A stretch of DNA of 64,000 bases. Source: an uncultured Candidatus Saccharibacteria bacterium (GTDB lineage Bacteria; Patescibacteriota; Minisyncoccia; Phycocordibacterales; UBA9973). Below are positions 9,865 through 20,461 of the stretch, piece by piece. The notes under the pieces were generated by a model. It was not told the origin of the DNA, did no database searches, and was given only the letters and a program-made list of their open reading frames with translations. Positions within the stretch are counted from its first letter, which is position 1. Every line of letters begins with the position of its first letter. The position numbers and the translations under genes are program-made. The DNA lies in NCBI GenBank assembly GCA_964498035.1, contig CAZCFW010000001.1, forward strand, positions 57,286 through 121,285. Reading direction: 5' to 3'.

Positions 9865-10837
9865 ATAATTGTACGCCGACAGCTTTTCTCACATCGGCAA
9901 TTTTACTATTAACTAAATTATGAATTTTACTTTTTCCATCCTTGAGTATGTCGAGCACTAATCCTGGATTCTCTTCATACATCTTTCTTTTCTCTCTCAT
10001 TGGTGCGAAATACTTTTCAATCTCATCAAAAAGCATATCTTTTGACTCTTTATATCCGAGGCCACCATTTATATATCTACTTCTCAAGTTTTCTAGCTCT
10101 TCCCCACTTAAGAATAATTTGTGAAGGGCAAATATATTGCAAGTTTCAGGATCTTTTTTCTCTTCTGGAGTTTTTGAATCAGTCACTATACTCATCACAG
10201 CTTTCTTGACAGTAGCAGAATCTGCAAAAAGTGGAATAGTGTTGCCATAGCTCTTACTCATTTTCCTTCCGTCTACTCCAGGAACTATTGCCACTTCTTT
10301 CATAATCTTTGCCTCAGGAAGTTTGAAAGTTTCTCCAAAAATATTATTGAACTTCTGCGCAGTGTCGCGAGCGTACTCCACGTGCTGCTTCTGGTCAGAA
10401 CCGACTGGCACTATGTCTGCATCTTGGATGAGAATATCCGCAGCCATAAGCATCGGGTAATCAAAAAGTCCTACAGTCACCTCTTTTACTTTTTGATTTG
10501 CATCTTTATATGATGTAGCACGCTCAAGGAATGGCATTGTGGTAATGCAGTTGAAGTACCATGTGAGCTCTGTGACTTCTGGTAGGTCTGATTGCTTGAA
10601 AAGAACCACCTTTTTAGGATCAAGTCCGCAAGCCAAATAATCCATAATGATGTTTAAAATCCCGATTGATAATTTATCTTTATCTTGTACTGTTGTAATT
10701 GCGTGAAAATCTGCAATAAAAACTCGAGTATCATATTCCTCCTGCATATCCACGAACTGTTTAAGTGCCCCGAAATAGTTACCTATATGAAGCGCTCCTG
10801 AGGGCTGTATGCCCGAAAGTAGTATCTTTTTAGCCAT
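9854..10837 (-). CDS. trpS: Tryptophan--tRNA ligase
   Basis: SGIQPSG..HIGN, YPMLMAADIL, VPVGSDQ, KMSKS motifs. Confidence 0.97.
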   Translation of the reverse strand: MAKKILLSGIQPSGALHIGNYFGALKQFVDMQEEYDTRVFIADFHAITTVQDKDKLSIGILNIIMDYLACGLDPKKVVLFKQSDLPEVTELTWYFNCITTMPFLERATSYKDANQKVKEVTVGLFDYPMLMAADILIQDADIVPVGSDQKQHVEYARDTAQKFNNIFGETFKLPEAKIMKEVAIVPGVDGRKMSKSYGNTIPLFADSATVKKAVMSIVTDSKTPEEKKDPETCNIFALHKLFLSGEELENLRSRYINGGLGYKESKDMLFDEIEKYFAPMREKRKMYEENPGLVLDILKDGKSKIHNLVNSKIADVRKAVGVQLYDN

Positions 10838-10940
10838 TTAAATATAATACCAAAAATATGAAAGTTTTGCACATATTCTGCACAGGGATATCCGAAAAAT
10901 GACTTGCAAAGATATTGAGCCCCTGTGCTACAATAGCTCT

Positions 10941-12359
10941 ATGGCAAAAGATACACAAACACCAATAAAGCAAAAAGTCGGAATGAGAATTCCTCCACAG
11001 AGTTTGGATTCCGAGAAAGCAGTCCTCGGATCTATTATGCTTCGTCCAGGAGCGCTCCACGAAATTACAGACGTATTAAATCATGAAGGATTCTATGCTG
11101 GTAAGCACCGAGAAATATTTAAAATAATGCTAGAGCTTTCTGCAAAGGGTGAACCGATTGATTTGCTTTCACTTTCACAGCGTTTATCTGAGCGTGGAAT
11201 GCTTGAATCTGTAGGCGGTACTGTGTATCTTACCGAACTCGTGTCATCTGTGCCTGCTTCAACAAATATTCGTCACTATGCAGATATCGTCGAGAAGAAA
11301 AATATTTTAAGAAATATTATTGATGCTGGTGGCGACATATCTGAACTTGGTTTCCATGAAGATGTGGATGATGTGTATGAAGTACTCGACCAAGCAGAGA
11401 AAAGAATGATGAATATCGGAAATCCTTCTCGCGGGAAAGCCTTCGTAGCTCTTAAGGATACTCTTCCTGAGGCTTGGGAGCGCTTAGAGAAGCTACATGA
11501 GACGAAGGGTGAGCTTCGTGGAATTCCAACTGGATTCAAAGATCTTGATGGATATTTGGCAGGTTTACAAAAGTCTGACCTTATCATCCTCGCAGCGAGA
11601 CCATCCATGGGTAAGACTACTCTAGTTCTAGACATTGCTCGCCAGACCGCCACAAAACATAATACACCTGTAGTTATATTCTCACTCGAAATGAGTTCTC
11701 AGCAACTCGTAGACAGAATGCTTGCAGCAGAGTCTCGCGTGAATGCATGGAACCTTCGTACTGGAAATCTTTCTGCAGAAAGTGAGTTCTCAAAAATCCG
11801 TGACTCACTAGATAGACTCGCAAAGGCTCCAATATTCATCGATGACCAAGCTGCAAACTCTATTGTGAAAATGCGTTCAGTGTGCCGAAGAATTAAAGCC
11901 GAGCATGGCATCGGGCTCATTATTGTGGACTACTTACAGCTTATGTCGACTTCCAAGAACTACGACTCTATGGTGAACCAAGTTACAGAAATTTCCCGCT
12001 CACTTAAAGGTCTTGCAAAGGAGTTTGATGTGCCAGTTATTGCCCTATCACAGCTCTCTCGTGCCGTGGAAGCTCGCGGAGGACGCCCTCGCTTGTCTGA
12101 CCTTCGTGACTCAGGATCTATCGAGCAGGATGCGGACGTAGTAATGTTCATCCACCGTGAAGATAAGGGTAAGGATGAATCAGAACGCACAAATATTGCC
12201 GAAATACTTATCGAAAAACACAGAAATGGACCAGTCGGAAAGGTGGATCTATTCTTCGATGAGAAGATGACTACATTCGTGACTATCGAGAAAGGAAATA
12301 TGGATGGATTCGGTGCGTTAGCAAACTCTGCTTCAAGTACAAATATTGATCAATTCTAA
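10941..12359 (+). CDS. dnaB: Replicative DNA helicase
   Basis: AARPSMGKT, VDYLQL, LSQLSR, LRDSGSIEQDAD, KHRNGP motifs. Start reassigned to ATG 10941, 6 nt after TACAAT. Confidence 0.97.
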   Translation: MAKDTQTPIKQKVGMRIPPQSLDSEKAVLGSIMLRPGALHEITDVLNHEGFYAGKHREIFKIMLELSAKGEPIDLLSLSQRLSERGMLESVGGTVYLTELVSSVPASTNIRHYADIVEKKNILRNIIDAGGDISELGFHEDVDDVYEVLDQAEKRMMNIGNPSRGKAFVALKDTLPEAWERLEKLHETKGELRGIPTGFKDLDGYLAGLQKSDLIILAARPSMGKTTLVLDIARQTATKHNTPVVIFSLEMSSQQLVDRMLAAESRVNAWNLRTGNLSAESEFSKIRDSLDRLAKAPIFIDDQAANSIVKMRSVCRRIKAEHGIGLIIVDYLQLMSTSKNYDSMVNQVTEISRSLKGLAKEFDVPVIALSQLSRAVEARGGRPRLSDLRDSGSIEQDADVVMFIHREDKGKDESERTNIAEILIEKHRNGPVGKVDLFFDEKMTTFVTIEKGNMDGFGALANSASSTNIDQF

Positions 12360-12361
12360 TT

Positions 12362-12982
12362 ATGGACCCGATAAATATTCTTGCCGAAAAATTTAAGGAA
12401 TTCCCAGGTATTGGTGAGCGCCAAGCAAAGCGTTTCGTTTATTTCCTACTTCATAAAAATCCTAGCTTTGTAAAAGCACTCGGCGACGCTATTAATTCTA
12501 TAAAATCACAAATTGCAGAGTGTGAATCCTGTCATGTGTTCTTTAGAATATTACCGCACCAAGATAAGCTCTGCGAGACTTGTGCAAATCCTCAAACTGA
12601 TCAGTCTTCCCTACTTATCGTCGAGAAAGATGCCGATATGGAAACCATTAAGCGCACGAAGACATATAAAGGATTATATTTTGTACTTGGAGGGCTTGTG
12701 CCTATCGTAACGAAAGATACTCCGACTTTTGTTCGTACAAATGAACTTCAAGCTGTTGTAAAAGACCGTATTAAGAGTAAAGTTTTAAAAGAAATTATAT
12801 TAGGTCTCTCTATTAATCCTCACGGCGAGCATACAGACCTTTATCTTCGTGAATTACTGCACCCAATAATTGAAAATTCAAATGTAAGTATTGTGTCTTT
12901 AGGTAAAGGCCTCTCCACAGGCACAGAGCTAGAATACTCCGACTCCGAAACTATCAAAAACGCTCTAAAAAATAGAGGCTAA
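12362..12982 (+). CDS. recR: Recombination protein RecR
   Basis: PGIGERQAKR HhH motif, C4 zinc finger, YFVLGG, GTELEY. Confidence 0.94.
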   Translation: MDPINILAEKFKEFPGIGERQAKRFVYFLLHKNPSFVKALGDAINSIKSQIAECESCHVFFRILPHQDKLCETCANPQTDQSSLLIVEKDADMETIKRTKTYKGLYFVLGGLVPIVTKDTPTFVRTNELQAVVKDRIKSKVLKEIILGLSINPHGEHTDLYLRELLHPIIENSNVSIVSLGKGLSTGTELEYSDSETIKNALKNRG

Positions 12983-12999
12983 AAATAACGTCAATAATG

Positions 13000-13692
13000 T
13001 TAGGATATATTTTTTGGCAAAACGATGAACTTACTGCAAGTTTCGTCTATTTCTGGGCTTACAAAAGTTCTCTTTATGATCTTAAAGATATTTACATCTC
13101 TTTGCCTTTGACCAATAAAAAATATTGAAGTCTCATTGGATAGTGTCATAGGTGCATATATTCCATTTGTATATTTAGTATTTGTCTCGGATTCGTAAAT
13201 ATCTTTATTTTTTGTGACCTCAAAAAGATAATTAATTTGTTTATAAAATAAGGCGAATGCAAGCGGGTACTTATTTACTATTTCATCAGAAAAAACCTTA
13301 TCTTTAAATTCATTAGTGAAATTATCACCAATAGTTTCCTTAAAAAAATCATCGTATTGAATACGAGCTTGTCGTATTAATTCCGAAACTTGTCCAAGAG
13401 TAAAACCCATATTTTTCTCAAGGCATTCTTGCATCATCAGAGTACCAGCTTCGTCTATCTTGTGAGTACTTGCATAAGTATCCATTGTTTCAGGAGAAAA
13501 CATAGGAAGTGCAGGATTACTTTCATCCCACACAAGTTCGAATCCCCTTTTCGCATAATATTTATCTAGAAGATTTCTAGATGATTGCTCACGTCTCCCC
13601 GTTATAAGAGTCGAGGCGTCCTTAATCCTTTCCTTCTTTGGTGTGACATCTATATTCCCCTGCTGTATAAGTTTCTTCTCAAATTCATTCAT
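13000..13692 (-). CDS. Hypothetical protein
   Basis: Long ORF; probable start ATG 13692, 6 nt after TATAAT; no family recognised. Confidence 0.65.
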   Translation of the reverse strand: MNEFEKKLIQQGNIDVTPKKERIKDASTLITGRREQSSRNLLDKYYAKRGFELVWDESNPALPMFSPETMDTYASTHKIDEAGTLMMQECLEKNMGFTLGQVSELIRQARIQYDDFFKETIGDNFTNEFKDKVFSDEIVNKYPLAFALFYKQINYLFEVTKNKDIYESETNTKYTNGIYAPMTLSNETSIFFIGQRQRDVNIFKIIKRTFVSPEIDETCSKFIVLPKNIS

Positions 13693-13734
13693 TAATTTAT
13701 TATAGTAATATAGAGCATATATGTAAAGCAATAA

Positions 13735-13762
13735 AAAATACCCTCAAGTGAGGGTATTTTTT
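13735..13762 (-). terminator. Intrinsic terminator after rplU
   Basis: aaaaataccctca-ag-tgagggtattttt inverted repeat. Confidence 0.75.
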
Positions 13763-13763
13763 A

Positions 13764-14126
13764 TTATTTTATTGCTGAGATTTTTACTTCTGCGAATGGC
13801 TGTCTGTGACCATTTCTTTTTAGATAACGAGATTTTTGTTTGAATTTAACAACTTTAACTGTTTTGTTGCGGCCTGCTTTCTGGAACAATGCTTCTACCT
13901 TTGCGCCTGCGATGTATGGAGTACCGATTGTAGTATCATTACCATTGTCTACTAGGACAACCTTATCAAATAGCACCTTATCGCCCATTGCGAACTCGCC
14001 TGCTAATTTCTCAATCTTAAGCACTTCGCCAACCATGACTTTGTATTGCTTTCCGCCAGTTTCGATAACTGCGAATTCACCTGTCACTTTAGCTGCTGCC
14101 TTTTTTGTTGTTGTTTTTGTAGCCAT
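13764..14126 (-). CDS. rplU: 50S ribosomal protein bL21
   Basis: FAVIETGGKQYKV, IGTPYI, GHRQPF motifs. Confidence 0.96.
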   Translation of the reverse strand: MATKTTTKKAAAKVTGEFAVIETGGKQYKVMVGEVLKIEKLAGEFAMGDKVLFDKVVLVDNGNDTTIGTPYIAGAKVEALFQKAGRNKTVKVVKFKQKSRYLKRNGHRQPFAEVKISAIK

Positions 14127-14219
14127 ATAATTTAATCCTTAAGAATAAGCTTCTCTCGGGAATAGACATATACTACCGGAAAGTTTTGAAAAAAGCAAGT
14201 ACCACGCTATAATTGGCGT

Positions 14220-15581
14220 ATGTCACTTAAACTATACAATACATTATCTCGCGAAATTGAGGATTTCAAGCCAAATAGTGAAAAGGAGGTTACTTTATAT
14301 ACCTGCGGCCCGACTGTCTACAATTATGCTCATATTGGCAATTTCAGAGCCTATGTGTTTGCTGATATCCTGAAAAGAACCTTATTTTACAATGGTTTTA
14401 ATGTAAAACACGTAATGAATATTACGGATATTGACGACAAGACCATCAGAGATTCTATCAAAGAAGGCAAGAATTTGAAGGAATTTACGGAGTTTTATAC
14501 AGAGGCTTTCTATAAAGACCGCGATGCTGTCGGTATCATCCCTGCAGATATGTACACAAAGGCCACTGATTTTGTCCCTCAAATGGTTTCCATGATCGAG
14601 AAACTGTTAGAAAGTGGGCATGCATACAAGGGTGATGATGGTAGTGTATATTTTAATATCAAAAAGTTTAAAGAATATGGTGCACTGAATCATATTACGC
14701 TTGAGACATTACAAGAAAATGCATCTGGCCGAATGAGGAAAGATGAATACGATAAAGAGAATGTACAGGACTTTGCCCTGTGGAAATCTTGGGATGAAAA
14801 TGATGGCGACGTATTCTGGGAAACTTCTTTAGGCAAGGGTCGCCCAGGTTGGCACATCGAGTGCTCGGCTATGAGCACCGCTACTCTTGGTGAATCGATT
14901 GATATTCATACCGGAGGGATCGATAATATGTTTCCTCATCATGAGAATGAGATTGCACAGTCAGAGTGTGCGACTGGAAAGCATTTTGTAAATTACTGGC
15001 TCCATAATGCTTGGCTTCTTGTAGATAACAAGAAGATGTCGAAGTCACTCGGTAATTATTATTCACTTCGTGATCTTGAGAAGATAAATGTCTCCCCGCT
15101 TGGCTTCCGCTACTGGCTCCTCACAGCAGATTATCGCTCGCCTATCAACTTCACTATTCTGACACTGCAAGGTGCCGAGATGGCTTTAAAGCGCTTGCGA
15201 GAGGCATATAATGGCTTAGAAGTAGAAGTATTGGGTGTGCCAGACTTATCTTATACTGAGGAATTTAAGAGTCTGATTAATAATGACTTGAGTACTGCTC
15301 AAGGTTTGGCACTCATGTGGAAATTGCTTAAGGATGAAAATATATCCAGTTCAAACAAAAAAGCTACTCTTCTTGATTTCGATAAAGTTTTTGGTTTGGG
15401 ATTGGGCAACGTGGTAGCAGAAGTGGAAATTCCAGACGAAGTAGAGAAGCTTGCACAAGATCGTGAATACGCCCGCTCACAAAAAGATTTTGCACTATCA
15501 GACATACTAAGAGCAAAGATTGAAGCACATGGTTTTACTGTAAAAGATACAGACAAAGGTCAAAAAATTTCTAAAATATAA
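14220..15581 (+). CDS. cysS: Cysteine--tRNA ligase
   Basis: CGPTVY..HIGN, GRPGWHIECSAM, FPHHENE, KMSKS motifs. Confidence 0.97.
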   Translation: MSLKLYNTLSREIEDFKPNSEKEVTLYTCGPTVYNYAHIGNFRAYVFADILKRTLFYNGFNVKHVMNITDIDDKTIRDSIKEGKNLKEFTEFYTEAFYKDRDAVGIIPADMYTKATDFVPQMVSMIEKLLESGHAYKGDDGSVYFNIKKFKEYGALNHITLETLQENASGRMRKDEYDKENVQDFALWKSWDENDGDVFWETSLGKGRPGWHIECSAMSTATLGESIDIHTGGIDNMFPHHENEIAQSECATGKHFVNYWLHNAWLLVDNKKMSKSLGNYYSLRDLEKINVSPLGFRYWLLTADYRSPINFTILTLQGAEMALKRLREAYNGLEVEVLGVPDLSYTEEFKSLINNDLSTAQGLALMWKLLKDENISSSNKKATLLDFDKVFGLGLGNVVAEVEIPDEVEKLAQDREYARSQKDFALSDILRAKIEAHGFTVKDTDKGQKISKI

Positions 15582-15588
15582 ATACACA

Positions 15589-15623
15589 GTAAAAGTCGCA
15601 AGGACTGTCCTTGCGACTTTTAC
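15589..15623. repeat. REP-like palindrome, probably a bidirectional terminator
   Basis: Perfect 17-bp arms gtaaaagtcgcaaggac-t-gtccttgcgacttttac between convergent genes; the same core recurs at 33325-33343. Confidence 0.75.
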
Positions 15624-15630
15624 GTTTAAA

Positions 15631-17310
15631 CTATTTAACCAAACTTAATTCCACAAAGAATGTGGATCCTAGGCCATCGCCTGGAGATTCCACCCAGATT
15701 TTGCCACCATGTGCAGCTGTAATTTCTTTACCCAAGTATAATCCGAGCCCAGACCCTGTAGTGTTGTAGCGACCGCCGTTACCTCTGGCAAACTTCTGGA
15801 AAAGCGTGGACTTTATTGCCTCAGTCATACCGATACCAGTGTCTTTCACTGCAAATTGTACTTTGTCGCCAATTACCTTAACTGTAACCCATAAATTCCC
15901 AGCCTTAGTATATTTTATGGAATTGTCGATAAGATTAAGAATTACTTGTCTAAGTTTTTCCTTGTCGCCATTTACTGTGTGTACTCCTTCGTCTTGTGAA
16001 TATTCTAATTTGAGACCTTTCTTTTCAGCGGTAATACTGAGATCTGTAGCGACAGACTTGCACACCTCTCCGAAATCAAAATTAACCTTTTCGTACTTCA
16101 TACCACCTGATTCAATTTTTGAAACGTTCAAGAAGTCCTCCACAACTACAGCAAGATTATTGCTCGATTGGAATATCCTATCCACCGCCTCTTTGGCCTT
16201 GTCCGGTATAGGGCCGAAATCCCCTTCGATAACCATTGATGCATAGCCCTTAATAGCAGTGAGAGGGCTCCTGATCTGGTGCGTAGCAAGTGAAAGGAAT
16301 TCCGTCTTAAGACGGTCGAGGTCTTTTAATTTATCATTTGCAGTTTCGAGCTTGATGTTCGTATCCTCAAGTCTGAGCTTAGAATCAGCTAGTTCTACAG
16401 ATAGCTTTTCAATTTTTACTCTCTGATCTGATTCGCGCTTTAAATTCCTATATAATAAAATACTAATTCCTAATGTAAGCAAGACAGTAATAATCGTAAG
16501 GAATTGATCAGTAGTACTATTGATAAAGAATAGCTGACCAGTCATGAGTATCATAAGTCCCACAACCAAATAGTGAGTTCCTAGCATATTGAAGTGGAAA
16601 ATATCTAGCTCAAAAACTGCGTATATAATTGCGATTAAGAATAAAGGTAGGATGAACAAACTATATAGATTGTATTCATAGATACCAGTAATTGATGCTA
16701 TGTATTCTGTAACACCAAATACTGACAGGAACAAAAGAGTAGATGATAGTACTATAATATCAGCCTTTTTGTCTTCCCTACTTTGCTCTCTGAAAAATGC
16801 ACGAATTAGATACCCAAAAATCACAATACCGATACCGCTCTCTACTATCAATTTGTAATTGTCGAGAAATTGATTATTTACAGCTTCGCATATACTCTGA
16901 TTGAGCCCTAGAACGGATTGCTGAGTAACAGTAATAACAAATGGTACTACTAGAAGTCCACAGAAAAATACTTTCTTGTACCAATGAATATCTCTTTCAT
17001 TGACGAAAGTTATAACAAAATACAACCCTAGTATAAAGAATATAAGCTCTATGTATACGAGAGTAGACCAGACAGTATAAATAAGATTGTAATCATTCGA
17101 TGTCCAGGTTATGAGGTCACCCACAAGCCAAGCACAGAAAGAAATAACAAAGGCGAGGAATATTTTAGAGAAAAGATTGAACTTTGCCTTAAAGAAAATA
17201 AAGAAAGCTAGTGTGAGAGATAGAATAATCGGAATTATGTGAGAGTATTGAGCAAGTTTTTCTAACCCACCACCAGTTGTACTTATACATGTATTTATTA
17301 TTGTTTCCAT
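15631..17310 (-). CDS. Multi-TM sensor histidine kinase (HisKA_7TM-like N-terminus)
   Basis: About 280-aa polytopic N-terminus, coiled coil, H-box ATHQIRSPL, N-box NLIDNSIKY, DTGIG and GSGLGL G-boxes. Confidence 0.9.
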   Translation of the reverse strand: METIINTCISTTGGGLEKLAQYSHIIPIILSLTLAFFIFFKAKFNLFSKIFLAFVISFCAWLVGDLITWTSNDYNLIYTVWSTLVYIELIFFILGLYFVITFVNERDIHWYKKVFFCGLLVVPFVITVTQQSVLGLNQSICEAVNNQFLDNYKLIVESGIGIVIFGYLIRAFFREQSREDKKADIIVLSSTLLFLSVFGVTEYIASITGIYEYNLYSLFILPLFLIAIIYAVFELDIFHFNMLGTHYLVVGLMILMTGQLFFINSTTDQFLTIITVLLTLGISILLYRNLKRESDQRVKIEKLSVELADSKLRLEDTNIKLETANDKLKDLDRLKTEFLSLATHQIRSPLTAIKGYASMVIEGDFGPIPDKAKEAVDRIFQSSNNLAVVVEDFLNVSKIESGGMKYEKVNFDFGEVCKSVATDLSITAEKKGLKLEYSQDEGVHTVNGDKEKLRQVILNLIDNSIKYTKAGNLWVTVKVIGDKVQFAVKDTGIGMTEAIKSTLFQKFARGNGGRYNTTGSGLGLYLGKEITAAHGGKIWVESPGDGLGSTFFVELSLVK

Positions 17311-17313
17311 ATT

Positions 17314-18114
17314 TTATTTTATTAGGTCTTTTATATGTGGTAAATGATGATACCAAAAATTATCTGTCTCTATATCAAGTGGGCCTATTGGGATGATTAA
17401 TGGTTTAACACCAGTCAATTCGATAACTTTTTCGATAGACGGTAGAACTACATTTTTAGTAAATTCACCTTCACTGTCAGTAGAAACTAAGAAATTTTCA
17501 AACAGTATTCCATAACAAGTGAATAAGAGGAAAAAATTAACATATACAAAATCTATTGTATCAGCATTATTCTCCTTATACCAAGCAGATTCATCATGAA
17601 AATATACTCCGTCGATTTTATAATGTGAAAATAAATTTTTATGAAAATCAACAATCGATTCATTCCACAATGTCTTAATTTCAGAAAGTTTTTTACCATT
17701 ATGTAAATTAAAATCAATAATATTAATTTTTTCAACTAAATCTTCACCTTTTGAATTCAAGGAGTCACTGAGATGTAATTGACCAAGTGAATGTTTATAC
17801 TTATTGTTCGAAGTGAATTTATCCTCTTTATATTCAAAAAAAACCGGCTTAAGGTTGTTCTCTTTGGCAATATTTATAAACATCCTACTTTCATGATTTG
17901 GGGTAGCGAGTTGTCTTGCTATAACTGCACACCTACCAATTTTCAATATTTCTGGTATTTTACCTGCAAATAGATTTTCAACTTTTTGCATTAATACTGG
18001 ATCTTTTTGTCTCTCTTCAAGTATTCGCAATGCTTCAGAAAGTGGAGTATACACTACTTTATTAAAAATATTATGATCGGACATTATTGTATTGTAATCA
18101 CCAATAGATGGCAT
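17314..18114 (-). CDS. Uncharacterised soluble protein
   Basis: 266-aa ORF, 1 nt after the upstream stop and 3 nt before the kinase start; motif-like segments RQLATPNHE, EYKEDKF, GILFENF. Confidence 0.75.
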   Translation of the reverse strand: MPSIGDYNTIMSDHNIFNKVVYTPLSEALRILEERQKDPVLMQKVENLFAGKIPEILKIGRCAVIARQLATPNHESRMFINIAKENNLKPVFFEYKEDKFTSNNKYKHSLGQLHLSDSLNSKGEDLVEKINIIDFNLHNGKKLSEIKTLWNESIVDFHKNLFSHYKIDGVYFHDESAWYKENNADTIDFVYVNFFLLFTCYGILFENFLVSTDSEGEFTKNVVLPSIEKVIELTGVKPLIIPIGPLDIETDNFWYHHLPHIKDLIK

Positions 18115-18115
18115 A

Positions 18116-18532
18116 TTATTTTTTAGAATTTTTCTTAATACTCTCTGGAATTATTGATTCTTCTACTACTTTTGGCTCTGGAACTACACATACCCCATTG
18201 GAAATTTCATCTTGAGTGCATTCAGTTTTAATGCACTGTATTACATTTTCTTTACAAGCAAAAGTACAATCTTCATCCTGACAAGCTTTGAAGTCTGAAG
18301 CTACGATAGTGTATTCATTATAATAAGATAAATTATTAAGCGGGCACTCATCTGCGATTTCGCAATCACGATATCGGCAAGTTTCACTAGTAGGATCACA
18401 ACTCGTTTCAACCATGAAATCATAACTTTTTTTATGATAGAAAAAATAAAATGCTACAGCAACAACACAAATACAACTAAAACAAATTAGTATTATAAAA
18501 AAATTGTGCTCTCTTGTGTCTTCCTCAGGCAT
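18116..18532 (-). CDS. Membrane-anchored Cys-rich exported protein
   Basis: N-terminal TM segment followed by about 10 Cys in about 75 aa. Confidence 0.7.
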   Translation of the reverse strand: MPEEDTREHNFFIILICFSCICVVAVAFYFFYHKKSYDFMVETSCDPTSETCRYRDCEIADECPLNNLSYYNEYTIVASDFKACQDEDCTFACKENVIQCIKTECTQDEISNGVCVVPEPKVVEESIIPESIKKNSKK

Positions 18533-18552
18533 ATTAGTATTTTAACATATAT

Positions 18553-19473
18553 CTATACAAATAAGAATATGCTACCTAAAATCATCACAATGATGGCAAC
18601 AATTTTAGGTATTAGTACTCGTCTAGAAAGATTTTCCTTTACTATATGTGGTAGGAACTTCGTCCCTAGGAGTGTGAGCCCGAGCACTATGGCTGGCTGG
18701 AAGCTCCCCACGAGGTACACCATTGTGACGGGTGCAAGAAGAAGTGCGAAATTGGTCATTAGGTTCCCAGAAATAGTAGCAAGCTCACTTAATGTATTAA
18801 CGAAAAATATTTTCTTTCCACCAGTGTTATTCATATGCATGAATTCCCTTCTGTATTTCGGTACGAATATGTATATCACAAGCCCAGTGAGCCCAAGCCC
18901 CACGTATTCCCAAAATGATGATACCCAGAAATTATTCTCAATAGTTACATACTTAAATAGTATTCCAGAAAGTGCCACGAGCACACATGCAATCAGCATA
19001 TATATGATCGGCTTGTGTTTGATCCGCTTTTTCTCTTTACTAAAATCAATCGAGAGGAGAATTATTCCAGCAATAATTATTATTCCACCAATAATTTGAT
19101 TTAATGAAAGTGTCTCACCTAGAAATATGTAGCCGAATAAATATCCAAACATTGGCACCGTAAGGAACCATGGCGCAATACTTGAAACTTCTTCAATCTC
19201 AAGTGCATAAAGATAAAGGATAATCCAAATCACAGTCATGAGCCCTGTAAGGCCAAGTATTAAAATATCCTTATTTGAAACGATAAATACATTATCGACA
19301 AATATATAAATAAATACTGCGATGAATATTCCAATTAAACTTGAAAATAAAACTAGCCCACCAGAGCTATGCTCCTTTGCTCTATCTGAATACTTAGATA
19401 TTAGGTATTGATCTGCTATGTTTACGAGTGCCCATAGGAATGGTGCACCCAATGCGATGAAAAACCATGTCAT
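18553..19473 (-). CDS. EamA/DMT-family transporter
   Basis: About 10 TM helices in two repeats; YIFLGETLSLNQIIGGIIIIAGIILLS EamA signature. Confidence 0.85.
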   Translation of the reverse strand: MTWFFIALGAPFLWALVNIADQYLISKYSDRAKEHSSGGLVLFSSLIGIFIAVFIYIFVDNVFIVSNKDILILGLTGLMTVIWIILYLYALEIEEVSSIAPWFLTVPMFGYLFGYIFLGETLSLNQIIGGIIIIAGIILLSIDFSKEKKRIKHKPIIYMLIACVLVALSGILFKYVTIENNFWVSSFWEYVGLGLTGLVIYIFVPKYRREFMHMNNTGGKKIFFVNTLSELATISGNLMTNFALLLAPVTMVYLVGSFQPAIVLGLTLLGTKFLPHIVKENLSRRVLIPKIVAIIVMILGSIFLFV

Positions 19474-19530
19474 ATTGCAATATAATAACATTTTCTGTAC
19501 TATTACACCATATAATTAACATATAATTTT

Positions 19531-20421
19531 ATGGTAGATTCAATAATTAATACAACGAAAATTGAAGACGCAGATGTAGTCATACTCTCTGCAGCATACG
19601 AGAAGACTGCATCTTCTAGGAAAGGCACTGCGACTGGCCCAAAGGCAATAATTAAAATGCTCACAAGTAAGCTTGAGCTTTTTGATCGCAATTATAAAGT
19701 AAACGCTTCTGAATATATTAAAATTGCTGAAAAGGATTCTGGAAACATTAGTGTAATGACTCCAAAGAAAGCTCTCGAAAAGATTACCGCTGAATCAAGA
19801 AAAATTCTTGAGAAAAATAAATTTGTATTTCTTCTTGGCGGTGAGCATTCAGTATCACTCGGATTACTTACTGCACTTAAAGAAAATTGGGATCCAAAGG
19901 ATGTGACAGTACTTCAGATAGACGCGCACTGTGATCTACGCAACGATGACTCTGATTACAACGATGACCCTACAAATTTGGCCCATTCTTGCGTTCTAAG
20001 ACGCGTAAATGAGCTTGGCTACCCTCTCGTACAAGTTGGAATTCGCACATACTACAAGGGTGAATATGAGTACTTCTCAAATCCAAAGAATAATGTAAAA
20101 ACATTTGAATGGGGCCCTGGTAAGAAGGTGCCTACAGTGGACGAAGTTTTGAAATCTATAAAGACGAAGAATGTCTACATCACTATCGACGTGGACGGCT
20201 TCGACCCAGCATATATGCCAGGCACTGGCACACCAGTACAAGGCGGGCTTGAGTGGTGGTACGGAGTAGAACTCATCGAGAAAGTTATAAAATCAAAGAA
20301 TTTAATTGGTGCAGATATCGTGGAAGTGGCTCCACAGAAAGAATCAGTTCTCACAGAATATGGCGCTGCTCAGCTCCTTTACTCTATGATCGCTCACAAA
20401 TTTAGAAATCTTTTGAAATAA
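19531..20421 (+). CDS. speB: Agmatinase (ureohydrolase family)
   Basis: GGEHS, DAHCD, TIDVDGFDP..PGTGTP, DIVEV Mn-binding motifs; clustered with speA. Confidence 0.88.
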   Translation: MVDSIINTTKIEDADVVILSAAYEKTASSRKGTATGPKAIIKMLTSKLELFDRNYKVNASEYIKIAEKDSGNISVMTPKKALEKITAESRKILEKNKFVFLLGGEHSVSLGLLTALKENWDPKDVTVLQIDAHCDLRNDDSDYNDDPTNLAHSCVLRRVNELGYPLVQVGIRTYYKGEYEYFSNPKNNVKTFEWGPGKKVPTVDEVLKSIKTKNVYITIDVDGFDPAYMPGTGTPVQGGLEWWYGVELIEKVIKSKNLIGADIVEVAPQKESVLTEYGAAQLLYSMIAHKFRNLLK

Positions 20422-20423
20422 TT

Positions 20424-20452
20424 AAAAACCCTAGGCAATGCCTAGGGTTTTT
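20424..20452. terminator. Bidirectional intrinsic terminator
   Basis: aaaaaccctaggc-aat-gcctagggttttt between convergent genes. Confidence 0.8.
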
Positions 20453-20461
20453 AATTTATAG

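Noticed and set aside
18506-19099. Long antisense ORFs (this 197-aa one; also 28325-28852, 29951-30448, 34534-35037, 60947-61438 and others)
   Set aside because: They lie opposite well-supported genes and have no recognisable motifs; they are shadows of codon bias.
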